Under the pieces are notes generated by a model. The model had not been told where the DNA came from. It did not search any database and was given only the letters and a program-made list of their open reading frames with translations. A DNA stretch of 64,000 nt from Alphaproteobacteria bacterium (GTDB taxonomy: Bacteria; Pseudomonadota; Alphaproteobacteria; MPNO01): the NCBI GenBank assembly GCA_965248835.1, contig CBDFLJ010000002.1, positions 2,080,001 through 2,144,000 of the forward strand, in the 5' to 3' direction. Of this stretch, positions 1-10,340 are shown one piece after another. The translations under genes and the position numbers were made by a program. The stretch's first letter is position 1, and each line of letters begins with the position of its first letter.

Positions 1-2
1 AT

Positions 3-161
3 GGCGACTTGATCACGAAACTAGCAGCGGTCGATTCCTGGCGGCGGGACGGCTATCTAATGAAAGCCGGGTGGGTAACGTTCCCGGGAGGAGCAAAGCC
101 AAACGACAATGTGGCGGATGCGTGCGCCAAATTGCTCACCAAGGCCCTCGAACTCAAGTAG
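3..161 (+). CDS. 3' end of hypothetical protein (partial, runs off window start)
   Basis: Open frame GDLITKLAAVDSWRRDGYLMKAGWVTFPGGAKPNDNVADACAKLLTKALELK ending TAG at 159-161, followed by a terminator; not in the ORF track. Confidence 0.55.
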   Translation, partial: GDLITKLAAVDSWRRDGYLMKAGWVTFPGGAKPNDNVADACAKLLTKALELK

Positions 162-201
162 GCCGACTCAAGCAGGCCGATTGCGGCCTGCCTTCGACAG
201 G

Positions 202-235
202 AATCGCCCCCGTCTGCCATGGGGGCGGTTTTTTT
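202..235 (+). terminator. Rho-independent terminator
   Basis: Stem aatcgccccc / gggggcggtt with 9-nt loop, followed by a T run. Confidence 0.8.
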
Positions 236-258
236 CGTCAAACGGTTTCCAACGTCGT

Positions 259-510
259 CTAGCAGGCGGAGCGTTGAGGTGATGGGTCGACCAGCGCGCC
301 GGAGCGCAAGACCTCATCAACGAGCCCCTTGGTCTGCCCGGTATCTTCGAGACAGCAATCGACGACCTGTCCGCGCTGGCCGCTCTGCCACTGGACCGGG
401 GCGAGTGCGCCGTGCCCCGTCTTGCCGGTGAGCCCGTTGGCCTTGGCAGTCGCATCGAGCCCGAATCCGGCGTGCGACGGGTGCTCGAACTTCGGGCCGA
501 GCCCGACCGA
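259..510 (-). pseudogene. C-terminal remnant of an RNase H-like / 3'-5' exonuclease (phage-like)
   Basis: GLDATAKANGLTGKTGHGALAPVQWQSGQRGQVVDCCLEDTGQTKGLVD resembles the exonuclease motif-III region (..VIDYC..D...T..L.D); no N-terminal catalytic part seen. Confidence 0.45.
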
Positions 511-612
511 GTTCCAGAGTTCAACCGGCAGGTCGTAACTCCTTGATTTCTGGTCGTGCAAAACCAATTCGTTCCTGTCTAAGCGCCATAGCCACGCTTG
601 AGAAGTTCGTGC

Positions 613-657
613 CTGAAAATCATGGTGTCGGCGGTTCGATTCCACCCCTGGGCACCA
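613..657 (+). mobile_element. 3' half of tRNA-Phe(GAA); probable attachment-site duplication of an integrative element
   Basis: ctGAAaatcatggtgtcggcggttcgattccacccctgggcaCCA gives anticodon loop, T-arm, acceptor 3' strand and CCA; no 5' acceptor strand or D-arm upstream. Confidence 0.8.
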
Positions 658-722
658 CCCCCCTATCGCGGTAGCCGGCCGGCGGCGTTTCTCGATGACC
701 GGCGAAGGGATCGTTTGAGGCG

Positions 723-1973
723 ATGGCGGCGAGACCGCACGGGTTGATCATCGGCGGCTCGGTCGGGGGCCTGATAGCAGGCAGCCTGCTGCGCGCGGTC
801 GGCTGGGACGTGACGGTGTTCGAGCGCACGGTGGGCGATCTCGCCGGGCGGGGCGCGGGGCTCGGGATCTCGGCGGAGCTTCTTGCCGTCATGAAGCGCA
901 TCGGTGCGCCTTTCGAGCCTTCGGCCGGGGTGGCGCACAACGCCTATGTCTGGCTAGACGGCGCCGGCGGCATCGTCTTCGAGCACCGCAGACCAACCGT
1001 GGGCAGCACCTGGACACGGGTCTACCAGCCGCTGCGCGACATCTTGCCGGCACACTGCTACCGCCAGGGCATGAACCTCGAGCGTGTCGAGCAGAAACCG
1101 GGATCGGTCACCGCGCTGTTCGCCGACGGAACCCGCATCGCGGGCGACCTGCTGGTCGCCGCCGATGGGGTGTTCTCGACCGTGCGCGCCCAATTCATGC
1201 CCGATGTCGCGCCGCGCTATGCCGGCTACGTCGCCTGGCGCGGCATCGTCGAGGAGCGTGATGTCCCCGACGCCACGCGCGAGATCATCGCCGACCACAT
1301 CGTGCTCTGCTTCCCCGAGGGCGAGATGCTGCTGGCCATGGCGGTGCCCGGTGCCGGCGAGGACATGCGCCCCGGGCATCGGCGGATTTATTTCATCTGG
1401 TACCGGCCGGTTGCCGAAAATGCCCTGGCCGATATGTTCACCGATCGGACTGGCAAGAACCACGGCATATCGATCCCGCCGCCGTTGATCCGCGATGCGT
1501 TCGTACACGAGATGAAGGCGCGCGCGGGCGCGGTCCTGCCGCCGACAGTCGCCGACATCGTCGAGCGGGTGGCGCAGCCCCTGTTGCAGGCGATCACCGA
1601 CATGGAATCGACGCGGCTATCGTTCGGCCGGGTGGCGATCATCGGCGATGCGGCGTTCGTTGCCCGGCCGCATACCGCCGGAGGCGTCTCGAAGGCGGCC
1701 CTGGATGCGCAATGCCTTGCGGATTCGCTTGCCGGGGCGCCAGGCGACGTTGCCGCCGCACTGGCGCGATACGAGGAGGCCCAACTCGATTTCGGCAGCC
1801 GCCTGGTTGCGCATTCGCGCTATCTCGGCGCCTCGCTCGAAGGAAGGGCGCAGGCGCCCGTCCGCGACGAACGGCGCATCATCCGCGACTACGGCGCCCC
1901 CGGTATGCTGCACGATGTCGATGTCGCCGCATTCCGGCCCGGCGCCGATCCGGTGACGCCGGCCGGACCGTGA
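723..1973 (+). CDS. FAD-dependent monooxygenase (2,6-dihydroxypyridine hydroxylase-like)
   Basis: IIGGSVGG FAD motif, DLLVAADGVFS, GDAAFVARPH. Confidence 0.85.
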   Translation: MAARPHGLIIGGSVGGLIAGSLLRAVGWDVTVFERTVGDLAGRGAGLGISAELLAVMKRIGAPFEPSAGVAHNAYVWLDGAGGIVFEHRRPTVGSTWTRVYQPLRDILPAHCYRQGMNLERVEQKPGSVTALFADGTRIAGDLLVAADGVFSTVRAQFMPDVAPRYAGYVAWRGIVEERDVPDATREIIADHIVLCFPEGEMLLAMAVPGAGEDMRPGHRRIYFIWYRPVAENALADMFTDRTGKNHGISIPPPLIRDAFVHEMKARAGAVLPPTVADIVERVAQPLLQAITDMESTRLSFGRVAIIGDAAFVARPHTAGGVSKAALDAQCLADSLAGAPGDVAAALARYEEAQLDFGSRLVAHSRYLGASLEGRAQAPVRDERRIIRDYGAPGMLHDVDVAAFRPGADPVTPAGP

Positions 1974-2080
1974 GACCTGCCGCGACGGCGTGGTGCTGCG
2001 GCGCGATCGGGCCCATACTGTATCCGTTTGAACAGTGAAACGTCACCGGTCGAGAGCCGACCGAAGGGGGAGTCGAAGCC

Positions 2081-2518
2081 ATGGCAACCACCCGAACGCG
2101 CATCCCGGCGCTTACGTTCACCGGATCCGTTCACGAAGGCATCCCCGTCGCCACCAGAAACCTCGATGCCTGTATCACCTTCTACACCGAGGTGCTGGGA
2201 CTGAAGCTGCTGCCGCGGCCAAAGGCGCTGGACGACTTGGGTCCCGGCGCGTGGCTCGGCGATGAGAACGACACCGTCCAGTTCCACCTCATCGCCAATG
2301 ACGGCGCGCTCAAGCCGTCGGAGGATGCAAAGGTCGAGCCGGCGGGCCGGCACACCGCCTGGCGCATCGCCGATGTCGAGGCCTTCCGCGACCGGATGCG
2401 GGCGCTCGACGTGCCGTTCCAGGAGATCTCGGGCCTGATCGGCGATCCCCAGCTCTTCGTCACCGATCCCCAGGGCCATACCTGGGAGTTCCAGGGACCG
2501 CCCGGCTCGGGCGCGTGA
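2081..2518 (+). CDS. VOC / glyoxalase family protein
   Basis: FYTEVLGL, HTAWRIAD, FVTDPQGHTWE motifs. Confidence 0.85.
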   Translation: MATTRTRIPALTFTGSVHEGIPVATRNLDACITFYTEVLGLKLLPRPKALDDLGPGAWLGDENDTVQFHLIANDGALKPSEDAKVEPAGRHTAWRIADVEAFRDRMRALDVPFQEISGLIGDPQLFVTDPQGHTWEFQGPPGSGA

Positions 2519-2637
2519 AGACCGGCCGCAGGCCGGCACAGGGTGAAACCTCAAGCGACGATCCGCGGCTCGACGCCGGTCCCGGGACCGTCACGCCGTC
2601 GGGGACCGGATTGCCAAACAGCGACAGGAGGCTCTCG

Positions 2638-3714
2638 ATGGACTCTGTTTCACGAATAACCGGGTTTTGCGTCCTCGGCACCGTTGCGCTTGCGGCGATG
2701 GCCACCGTTGGACAGGCCAAGACGATAAAGCTGACCGTGGTCGGCGCCCCGCCGCCGATCGTCACCCCGGTCCAGGTCACCAAGACCTATTTCGTCCCCG
2801 AGGTCGACAAGCGGCTCGCGGCATCGGGCAAGGATTTCAAGATCGAGTGGACCCAGGCCTATTCCTTCACGCTGGCGGGCTTTCACGAGGTGCTGGAGGC
2901 GGTCGAGGAAGGCATTGCCGACGTCGGCGTCCAGATCCACGTCTTCGAGGAATCCAAGCTGCCGCTGGAGAACATCTCGACCTACGTCCCGTTCGGCACC
3001 GCCGATATCCACGCGCTCACCCGGATCATGCGCGATGTGCGCAAGACCGTGCCGGAGATGGACGACACCTGGACCAATCTCAACCAGGTCTATCTGGGGA
3101 CCGGCGTCAACGACACGATCCACATGATGACCAAATTTCCGGTCAGACGTTACGAGGACCTCAAGGGCCACAAGCTCGGCGCGAGCGGAACAATGGGCAA
3201 CTATCTGCTCAACACCGGGGCGGTGGTCGTCAGCTCCAGCATGAACCAGGCCTATCTCCACATAAAGAACGGCCTTTATGACGGATACCCGATCTCCTGG
3301 GGTCTCGGTTTCGCCTACAAGGTCTACCAATCGGCGCCCTATCTGACCAAGGTCAACATCGGCGCCATCGCCGCGACCGGCCTCAGCGTCAACACCGATA
3401 GCTGGAAGAAGCTTCCGGGCTGGGTGCAGACCATCTTCCGCGAAGTCGCGGTCAGCTGGCAGGACCGCCACGCGTCGGTCAGCCTGGGCAAATCGAAGAA
3501 GTTCGAATCCATCATGGTCAAGGCCGGCGCCAAGGTCTCCGAGTTCCCGATGGAAGAGCGCCGCCGGTGGGCCCACGCGCTGCCCAACGTCGCCAAGCAA
3601 TGGGCGGACAGGCTGGAGAAGAAGGGCCTGCCGGCACGCCGCGTGCTCGCGGCCTACATGGGGGGCCTGCGCGCGGTCAAGGCGGAGATCGTCCGCGACT
3701 GGGACAAGGAATAG
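2638..3714 (+). CDS. dctP: TRAP transporter substrate-binding protein (DctP family)
   Basis: RBS AGGAGG before ATG 2638, signal peptide, DLKGHKLGA and WKKLP motifs, adjacent DctQM. Confidence 0.85.
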   Translation: MDSVSRITGFCVLGTVALAAMATVGQAKTIKLTVVGAPPPIVTPVQVTKTYFVPEVDKRLAASGKDFKIEWTQAYSFTLAGFHEVLEAVEEGIADVGVQIHVFEESKLPLENISTYVPFGTADIHALTRIMRDVRKTVPEMDDTWTNLNQVYLGTGVNDTIHMMTKFPVRRYEDLKGHKLGASGTMGNYLLNTGAVVVSSSMNQAYLHIKNGLYDGYPISWGLGFAYKVYQSAPYLTKVNIGAIAATGLSVNTDSWKKLPGWVQTIFREVAVSWQDRHASVSLGKSKKFESIMVKAGAKVSEFPMEERRRWAHALPNVAKQWADRLEKKGLPARRVLAAYMGGLRAVKAEIVRDWDKE

Positions 3715-3828
3715 CGGCGGGCCGGACCGCACCGTTCGTCGCTGCTCGCGGCGCGGGTGGAGGCGGATTCCGGGGCACGCCTCCACCCGTAGCCGGGTAA
3801 GAGGGCGCCTCGAAGGAGACCTTTGGAC

Positions 3829-5799
3829 ATGGCGGACACGCCTGCGAGCGGTCACCCGCCGGCTCGAACGGCCGGGCGGCGCCGGCTTGACCCGACCGCG
3901 ATCGTCGATGCGGCGATCTCCGGCCTGAACGCGGTCGGCACGCTGTGGATCTTCGTGATCATGGTGGCGATCAACACCGACGTGTTCAGCCGCTATCTGT
4001 TCAACGCGCCGGTAAGCGGCGTGCCTCTGGTCATCGAGCTGTCAATCGTCGCCATCGTGTTCGTCCAGCTTGCGGCCGCGTTGCGCGGCGGCCGGATGAC
4101 ACGCTCGGACATCCTGATCGGACGCTTGCTCGCTGCCCGGCCGATGGCAGGGCATACGTTGCAGGCCATCTACCACCTCGCCGGCGCGGTGCTGATGGCC
4201 GGGATCTTCAACTATGTGCTGCCGGTCCTGGAAAAGACCTGGAAGCGCGACACCTATGCCGGCCTCGAAGGCGACGTCACGATCCAGGTGTGGCCGTTCA
4301 AGCTCCTGGTCGTCATGGGCGCCGGGTTCTGCGCGGTTCAGTTCTTGCGGGCATTTTGGGCCGATCTCCGGTTCCTCGCCGAACAGCGCCGGGCGGGCAA
4401 CAAAGACCTGCGCGGCCCGCTGGTCGGGATCGCTGCGTCGGCGGCGGTGGGCGCGGTCTTTCTGGCGATAGGCCTGGCGTTGGATTTGACGTCGGTGCAG
4501 GTCGCGCTGATCTCGGTGCTGTTCGTCCTGTTCCTGGTCTATGTCGGCGTGCATGTCGGGGTCGCGCTGTCGCTGTTGTCCTTCGTGTGCGTGTGGATCA
4601 TGCGCGACAACTTCACGATCGCCGGCAAGCTGCTGGCGTTGGCCGCCGCGGAAGGGCTGCAGCGCTACGAATTCGGCGTCATCCCGCTGTTCGTGCTCAT
4701 GGGGCTACTGGTGAGCGTATCGGACATCGGCAAGGATACCTACGACGTCGCCAACCACCTGTTCCGTCGGGTCAGGGCGGGGCTCGGGACCGCGACGGTT
4801 GGCGCGAACGCGGTTTTCGCCGCGGTCACCGGGACCTCGATCGCCTCGGCCTCGGTGTTCACCAAGGTCGCGGTGCCGGAGATGCTGCGGCTCGGCTATC
4901 GGCCCCGCTTCGCGGTCGGCGTGGTCGCCGGCTCCTCGGTCCTCGGCATGCTGATCCCGCCGAGCCTGCTGCTCATCCTGTTCGGCATCCTCGCGGAGAC
5001 CTCGATCGGGGATCTGTTCATCGCCGGCATCGTCCCCGGCATCCTTTTATCGGTCGCTTATTGCGTGCTGATCTGGTTCCTCGCGCACCGTTTTCCCGAC
5101 CGCGTCGCATCGCGCGAAGCGTTGGAGCGCAAGCCCCGATCCGGCCTGTCAACCGGCGCGCTGTGGATCAAGGTCTTACCCATCATCATCCTGATCGTGA
5201 TCGTGCTCGGCGGCATCTATGGCGGCGTGTTCACCGCGACCGAAGCGGGCGGCGTCGGCGCGCTGGGCGCCCTGATCCTGACCGTCATCAAGCGCAAGCT
5301 GAGCTGGCGCACGTTATGGCAGGCGCTCTCGGAGACCGGGCACGTGACGGCGGCGATCTGCTTCCTGCTGGTCGCAGCCCAGCTCTATTCCCGGATGATC
5401 GCGATGTCCGGGCTCCCGAACGTGATGGAGCACTACATCGTCGCATCGGGGCTCGGCTACGCCAGCCTGATCGCGATCTATATCGTCGCGATCATCCTGC
5501 TGGGCACCATCCTCGACGCCGGCTCGATCATGCTGATCACAGTACCGCTCGCGGTCCCCGCGCTGGCCTCATTCAACATAGACCTCGTCTGGTTCGGAAT
5601 CGTGACCATCATCGCTGTCGAGATCGGGCTGCTCACCCCGCCGCTCGGGCTTGCGTGCTTCGTGATCCACAACAACCTGCAGGACGACCGGATCAAGATC
5701 GAGGACATCTTCTGGGGCGCCGCCCCGTTCGCGCTCACCATGCTGGTCGTGCTGATCCTGGTCACCCTTTTCCCCGAGATCGCGCTCACGCTGGTCTGA
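3829..5799 (+). CDS. Fused TRAP small and large permease (DctQM)
   Basis: N-terminal DctQ-like 4-TM region fused to DctM motifs (IPLFVLMG, LGMLIPPS, FTATEAG, EIGLLTPP). Confidence 0.9.
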   Translation: MADTPASGHPPARTAGRRRLDPTAIVDAAISGLNAVGTLWIFVIMVAINTDVFSRYLFNAPVSGVPLVIELSIVAIVFVQLAAALRGGRMTRSDILIGRLLAARPMAGHTLQAIYHLAGAVLMAGIFNYVLPVLEKTWKRDTYAGLEGDVTIQVWPFKLLVVMGAGFCAVQFLRAFWADLRFLAEQRRAGNKDLRGPLVGIAASAAVGAVFLAIGLALDLTSVQVALISVLFVLFLVYVGVHVGVALSLLSFVCVWIMRDNFTIAGKLLALAAAEGLQRYEFGVIPLFVLMGLLVSVSDIGKDTYDVANHLFRRVRAGLGTATVGANAVFAAVTGTSIASASVFTKVAVPEMLRLGYRPRFAVGVVAGSSVLGMLIPPSLLLILFGILAETSIGDLFIAGIVPGILLSVAYCVLIWFLAHRFPDRVASREALERKPRSGLSTGALWIKVLPIIILIVIVLGGIYGGVFTATEAGGVGALGALILTVIKRKLSWRTLWQALSETGHVTAAICFLLVAAQLYSRMIAMSGLPNVMEHYIVASGLGYASLIAIYIVAIILLGTILDAGSIMLITVPLAVPALASFNIDLVWFGIVTIIAVEIGLLTPPLGLACFVIHNNLQDDRIKIEDIFWGAAPFALTMLVVLILVTLFPEIALTLV

Positions 5800-5923
5800 A
5801 GCGGCAATCTCCGGGAAACCGGCCAGTTGCGCGGGGTCGTGGACGGCAGCCGCTGTTCGCCGGCGGTCATGGGTGTCCCAAGTTCCAGCCGGCCACCACG
5901 TTCGTCACCGTGCTCAACGGCGG

Positions 5924-7162
5924 CTACGTCCCGAATGCGGCGACGCGGGCGGTCGGGCGGTCGTCCATGAAGATCTGGGCGATGCCGGCGGTGATGCCGA
6001 TGGCGACACCGATCTGCCAGGCGAGGTCGTAGGAACCGGTCGCATCGACGATCAGGCCGGCGCCCCAGGCGCCGAGGAACGATCCGAGCTGGTGACTGAG
6101 AAACGCGATCCCGGCGAGCGTTGCGACATAACCGAGCCCGAAGATGCGCACGACCAGCCCGTTGACCAGAGGAGCGACGCCGAGCCACAGGATGCCCATG
6201 ACCGCAGCGAAGATCAAAGTGGTCGCGGTCGAGGGCGGGATCATGAAATACACCACGATCGTCAGAGACCGCAGGATGTAGACGGACCCGAGCAGGATGT
6301 GCTTGGGGAACCTGTCGCCGAGCCAGCCCAGGATGTAGCAGCCGAGGGCGTTGAACCCGCCGATCACCGCCAGCGCCGTGGCGCCGAGCGCCGGCGGCTG
6401 GCCGCAGAGCGCGAGATAGGCGGGCAGATGGATGGCGATAAAGACAAGCTGCAGCCCGCAGACGAAGAACGCCACCGCCATGACGATATAGCCCCGGTGG
6501 CCAGCGGCTTCGGCGAGCACCGCCTTGAACGACATCGGCGTCCCGCCGGCCGCCCCCATGTCGAGGGCTTCCCTGTTCACACTGTCACCCGCGCCGGCGA
6601 AGAACGCCGCCGGCAGCATCACCGTGCACAGCCCGATGAATCCGACCATCGCGACCTGCCAGCCCGCACCGTCGATCAGCCCGTGGGCCAGGGGTGCGCA
6701 GATGAACGTCCCGATCGAGCCCACGGCGGCGACCGCGCCCAGGATCGTCGACTGCTTGAGCGGGGAGACCGCCCGCGCCGTCGCGGCGAGCCCGATGTTG
6801 AGCGCGGTGCACGACAGCGCCATACCGACCATCACGCCGAGCCCGATCACCAGTTCGATCGGCTCGGTCGCGTAAATCGTCGCCGCCAGCCCCGCCGCGT
6901 AGAGCAGCGTACCGAGCAACGTCACCACCCGGCAGCCGAAACGGTCGGCGATGCCGCCGATGAACGGCTGGCTGATCCCCCAGACCAGGTTCTGGACCGC
7001 AAGCGCGAGCGTGAAGTCCGCGACGGTGATGCCGATGTCCTGGGTGACCGGGGTGACGAACAGACCGAAGCTTTGGCGCATCCCCATGCTGAGCGTCAGC
7101 ATCGCGCCGGCCCCTGCAAGCACCGTGAGGGTCTGCGGGCGGGTATAGCCGGCCCTGTTCAT
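5924..7162 (-). CDS. MFS transporter
   Basis: About 12 hydrophobic segments, GGIADRFG motif A. Confidence 0.9.
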   Translation of the reverse strand: MNRAGYTRPQTLTVLAGAGAMLTLSMGMRQSFGLFVTPVTQDIGITVADFTLALAVQNLVWGISQPFIGGIADRFGCRVVTLLGTLLYAAGLAATIYATEPIELVIGLGVMVGMALSCTALNIGLAATARAVSPLKQSTILGAVAAVGSIGTFICAPLAHGLIDGAGWQVAMVGFIGLCTVMLPAAFFAGAGDSVNREALDMGAAGGTPMSFKAVLAEAAGHRGYIVMAVAFFVCGLQLVFIAIHLPAYLALCGQPPALGATALAVIGGFNALGCYILGWLGDRFPKHILLGSVYILRSLTIVVYFMIPPSTATTLIFAAVMGILWLGVAPLVNGLVVRIFGLGYVATLAGIAFLSHQLGSFLGAWGAGLIVDATGSYDLAWQIGVAIGITAGIAQIFMDDRPTARVAAFGT

Positions 7163-8049
7163 GCGCTCTCTCCATGGCGCGCGATCAGGGCGCGCATCGC
7201 ATCGGCCGCGGCCACGCCCTTGCGGGCCCGGCGCCAGAGATCCTCGACGGTCTTATCGTGCAGCGCCAGCGCCTCGGGCGCCGAGGTGATCATCGCAACG
7301 CCGGCGTGGATGTTGGGCTGCTCGCCCAGCCGGAAGGGGCTGAGCGCGAGCACCCGCCGGTCGGGCTGCCGGAAGATCTGGAAGCTGGTCGGCGGCAGGG
7401 TGCTCGGCACCAGGCCGATCTGGATGCCGATCGGCTGCGTGTCCATCAGCGAGACGAAATGTAGCGCCTCCGCCCGGGCGATCGCCAGCCGTTCACGCAC
7501 CACCGCGCCCGGCAGGTCGAGCCGACCGACCAGGCCGTTGCGCAGGAAGCGGCCCATCTCGGCCTCGGAGATCAGGTTGAGCACGCCGGGCCGGCGCGTG
7601 CGGTAGGCTTGCTTGCGTCCGTGCAGGATCTCCATCAGCTCGCCCACCAGGGCCAGCGCGCCGGCCCGGTCCTCCGCCCCATCGGGGATGCTTTCCGAAA
7701 GCACCGCCTCCAGGGTGTCCAGGAAGGCATCCGATGCCAGCAGGAACGAAATCGGCCCGGCCAGCACCACGATATGCTCGGACGTCTCCTCGATCTGGCG
7801 CAGCCGCTCGAAATAGCTGACGGCCGAGCCGATATATTCGACGCCGACGCCCAGGAGCGTCGGCACCGAGACCGCGAGCAGTTCGGCCAGCCGCTCCAGC
7901 GCCTCGATCTTTGCGACCTCGCCCTTCTCGAAGCGGTAGAGCGCGGTCCGCGAAATACCGATCCTTGCCGCCACCTCGTCCGCGCTCAGCCCCGAGCCCA
8001 GCCGGAAGGCGCGCAGCCGGTCCCCGATCTCGGCAAAGCGAATGCTCAT
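7159..8049 (-). CDS. XRE-family helix-turn-helix transcriptional regulator with C-terminal domain
   Basis: IGDRLRAFR..LSADEVAARIGISRTALYRFEKG; ATGA overlaps with both neighbours. Confidence 0.85.
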   Translation of the reverse strand: MSIRFAEIGDRLRAFRLGSGLSADEVAARIGISRTALYRFEKGEVAKIEALERLAELLAVSVPTLLGVGVEYIGSAVSYFERLRQIEETSEHIVVLAGPISFLLASDAFLDTLEAVLSESIPDGAEDRAGALALVGELMEILHGRKQAYRTRRPGVLNLISEAEMGRFLRNGLVGRLDLPGAVVRERLAIARAEALHFVSLMDTQPIGIQIGLVPSTLPPTSFQIFRQPDRRVLALSPFRLGEQPNIHAGVAMITSAPEALALHDKTVEDLWRRARKGVAAADAMRALIARHGESA

Positions 8050-10340
8050 CCGGACAGCATAGCCACGATGTCGGCCGGCGAAACCGGGGCGGAAGATAAG
8101 CGGACGCCGCGGGCCGAGAGCGCGTCCTCGATAGCCGAGACGATGGCCGCTGCCGTCGGCACGACGCCGCATTCGCCGACACCCTTGACCCCGATGGGGT
8201 TGAGCGGGCTCGGCGATTCCTGGTGGACGGTGGCGATGCGCGGCATTTCCGGAGCGGAGACCAGCAGATACTCGGCCAGGCTCGTGGTCAAAGGCTGGGC
8301 CTCGTCGTCGAAGCCCATCCATTCGAACAGCGCGTTGCCCACCGCGTGCGCCGCGCCGCCGACGATCTGGCCCTCGACGATAGCCGGGTTGACGATGCGC
8401 CCGCAATCATGCGCCAGCACGAGGTTGAGCAGCCTCACGCCGCCGGTTTCGGGGTCGACCTCGAGCTCGGCCACCGCGGTCCCGTTGGCGAACGGCATGT
8501 CGTCGAGCACCAGGGCCTCGGTGGCGGCGAGCTCCGGCGCGATCCCGGCGGGCAGCGAGAAGCCGGGCGTGCCGGCGACCATCTCCGCAAGATGGCCGAG
8601 GGCGACAGAGATGTCCGGGGCGCCGCGCACCCGCACGTGTCCATCTGCGATCTCCAGATCCTCCGGCGCGGCTTCCAGGACGTGCGCCGCGATCGCCAGC
8701 GCCTTGTCGCGCACGCGGCGGGCCGCCTGGAACGCCGAGCTGCCGGCAGTCACCGCCTGGCGGCTGTTGAACCCGCCGATGCCGAGCGCGATCGCTGCCG
8801 TATCGCCGCTGGTGACCGCGATGTCAGACGGTCTGGCGCCGAGTTCGGCCGCGACCAGGCTGGCAAGCAGGGTCTCGATCCCCTGCCCCATCGCCGCGGC
8901 CCCGGTCGCGACCTCGATACGGCCCGAGGCGTCTATCCTGACGCTTGCCGATTCGAAGGGACCGCGCCCGGTGCCCTTGACGAAGTTGGCCACCCCGATG
9001 CCGCGCAGCCCGCCGGTTGCGGCAGCGCGGCGGCTCGGGAAGCCGTCCCAATCCGCCGCCGCGAGCGCCGCGGCCTGACAGGCCGGGTAGTCGCCGCTGT
9101 CGAGCACGACCGGCTTGCCGGCGCGGTTCTTGAGCGGGCGCGTGCACGGCATCCGTTCGGGCCCGATCAGGTTGCGCCGGCGGATCTCGTCGCGGCCGAG
9201 CCCGAGCATCCGGGCCGACCGGTCGAGCAGGCGCTCCATCACGAACACCGCTTGAGGATGGCCCGCACCACGGACCGGAGTGGCCGGCACCTTGTTGGTG
9301 AGCACCGCACGTGCACGCACGGCATAGGCCGGCACGTCGTACGGCAAGGTCACCGTGAGCGCGGATTCGTAAGGCAGGTTGACCCCGCGCGCGGTGTAGG
9401 CGCCGTGGTCATGGGTGAGAGTGCCGCGAATGCCGCGGATCCGACCATCGGAGTCGAAGGCCGCCTCGAGCTCCCAATGCTGGTCGCGCTCCTGGGTGGC
9501 GGCGACGAAATGCTCGCGCCGATCCTCGATCCACTTGACCGGTGCCCCGACGATCAGGGCGGCGAGCGCGACCACGATCTCCTCGGGGTAGGTGACCAGC
9601 TTGGGGCCGAACCCGCCGCCGACCGCCGGTGTGGCCACCCGCACCGCGCTTTCCGGCCAGCCCAGCATGCCGGCCAGCACCTTGCGCCCGGCATGCGGGG
9701 TCTGGGTCGAGCTCCACAGGCTCAGCCGGTCCTCGAGCGGGTCGACCTGCGCCACCGCGCCGCGACCCTCGATCGAATGCCCGCCGCCGCGATGGATCGA
9801 GAACGACTCGGCGACGACAAGGGGCGCGCCGGCAAATGCGGCTTCGATGTCGCCGAAGCCCGTCTCGAGCTCGGCCAACAGGTTGTGCGGCGCATCGCGA
9901 TGGACCGTCGGGGCGCCAGCGGCCATCGCATCGCGGCAGTCGGCGACCACCGGCAGCGGCCGGTAATCGACTTCGACAAACGGCACCGCATCCTCGGCGC
10001 GATAGCGGCTGTCGGCGATCACCATCGCCACCGGCTCGCCGACATGGACGACCTCGCCGGCGGCAAGCACCGGGCGGTCGCGCATCTGCTGGTAGGCCGG
10101 GCTCGGCAGCCCGACCACCAGCCGCTCGGCGGCAAGATGCGGGCGCAGGTCATCGATCGTCAGCACCGCGCGAACGCCGGGGCGGCCAAGCGCGGCGTCC
10201 TTTTCGATGCCGGCGACCGCGGCATGGGCGTAAGCGCTGCGCACGAAGGCCGCATGCAGCATGCCCGGCAGATGAATGTCGTCGACGAAGCGGGCCCGGC
10301 CGCGCAACAGCCGGGGGTCCTCGACCCGCGCCTCAGCCAC
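8046..10340 (-). CDS. Xanthine dehydrogenase / CoxL-family molybdopterin-binding large subunit
   Basis: VGGGFGPK, KWIEDRRE, VRGAG, GQGIET, DCGRIVNP..VEGQ..GG, KGVGE motifs; lacks the AYxCSFR motif of true CO dehydrogenase. Confidence 0.92.
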   Translation of the reverse strand: MAEARVEDPRLLRGRARFVDDIHLPGMLHAAFVRSAYAHAAVAGIEKDAALGRPGVRAVLTIDDLRPHLAAERLVVGLPSPAYQQMRDRPVLAAGEVVHVGEPVAMVIADSRYRAEDAVPFVEVDYRPLPVVADCRDAMAAGAPTVHRDAPHNLLAELETGFGDIEAAFAGAPLVVAESFSIHRGGGHSIEGRGAVAQVDPLEDRLSLWSSTQTPHAGRKVLAGMLGWPESAVRVATPAVGGGFGPKLVTYPEEIVVALAALIVGAPVKWIEDRREHFVAATQERDQHWELEAAFDSDGRIRGIRGTLTHDHGAYTARGVNLPYESALTVTLPYDVPAYAVRARAVLTNKVPATPVRGAGHPQAVFVMERLLDRSARMLGLGRDEIRRRNLIGPERMPCTRPLKNRAGKPVVLDSGDYPACQAAALAAADWDGFPSRRAAATGGLRGIGVANFVKGTGRGPFESASVRIDASGRIEVATGAAAMGQGIETLLASLVAAELGARPSDIAVTSGDTAAIALGIGGFNSRQAVTAGSSAFQAARRVRDKALAIAAHVLEAAPEDLEIADGHVRVRGAPDISVALGHLAEMVAGTPGFSLPAGIAPELAATEALVLDDMPFANGTAVAELEVDPETGGVRLLNLVLAHDCGRIVNPAIVEGQIVGGAAHAVGNALFEWMGFDDEAQPLTTSLAEYLLVSAPEMPRIATVHQESPSPLNPIGVKGVGECGVVPTAAAIVSAIEDALSARGVRLSSAPVSPADIVAMLSG

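Noticed and set aside
582-657. Complete tRNA-Phe gene
   Set aside because: The sequence upstream of the anticodon loop cannot form the D-arm or pair with the acceptor 3' strand; only the 3' half is present
8046-10340. Aerobic CO dehydrogenase CoxL
   Set aside because: The active-site loop is VRGAG, not AYxCSFR, and coxM/coxS are absent
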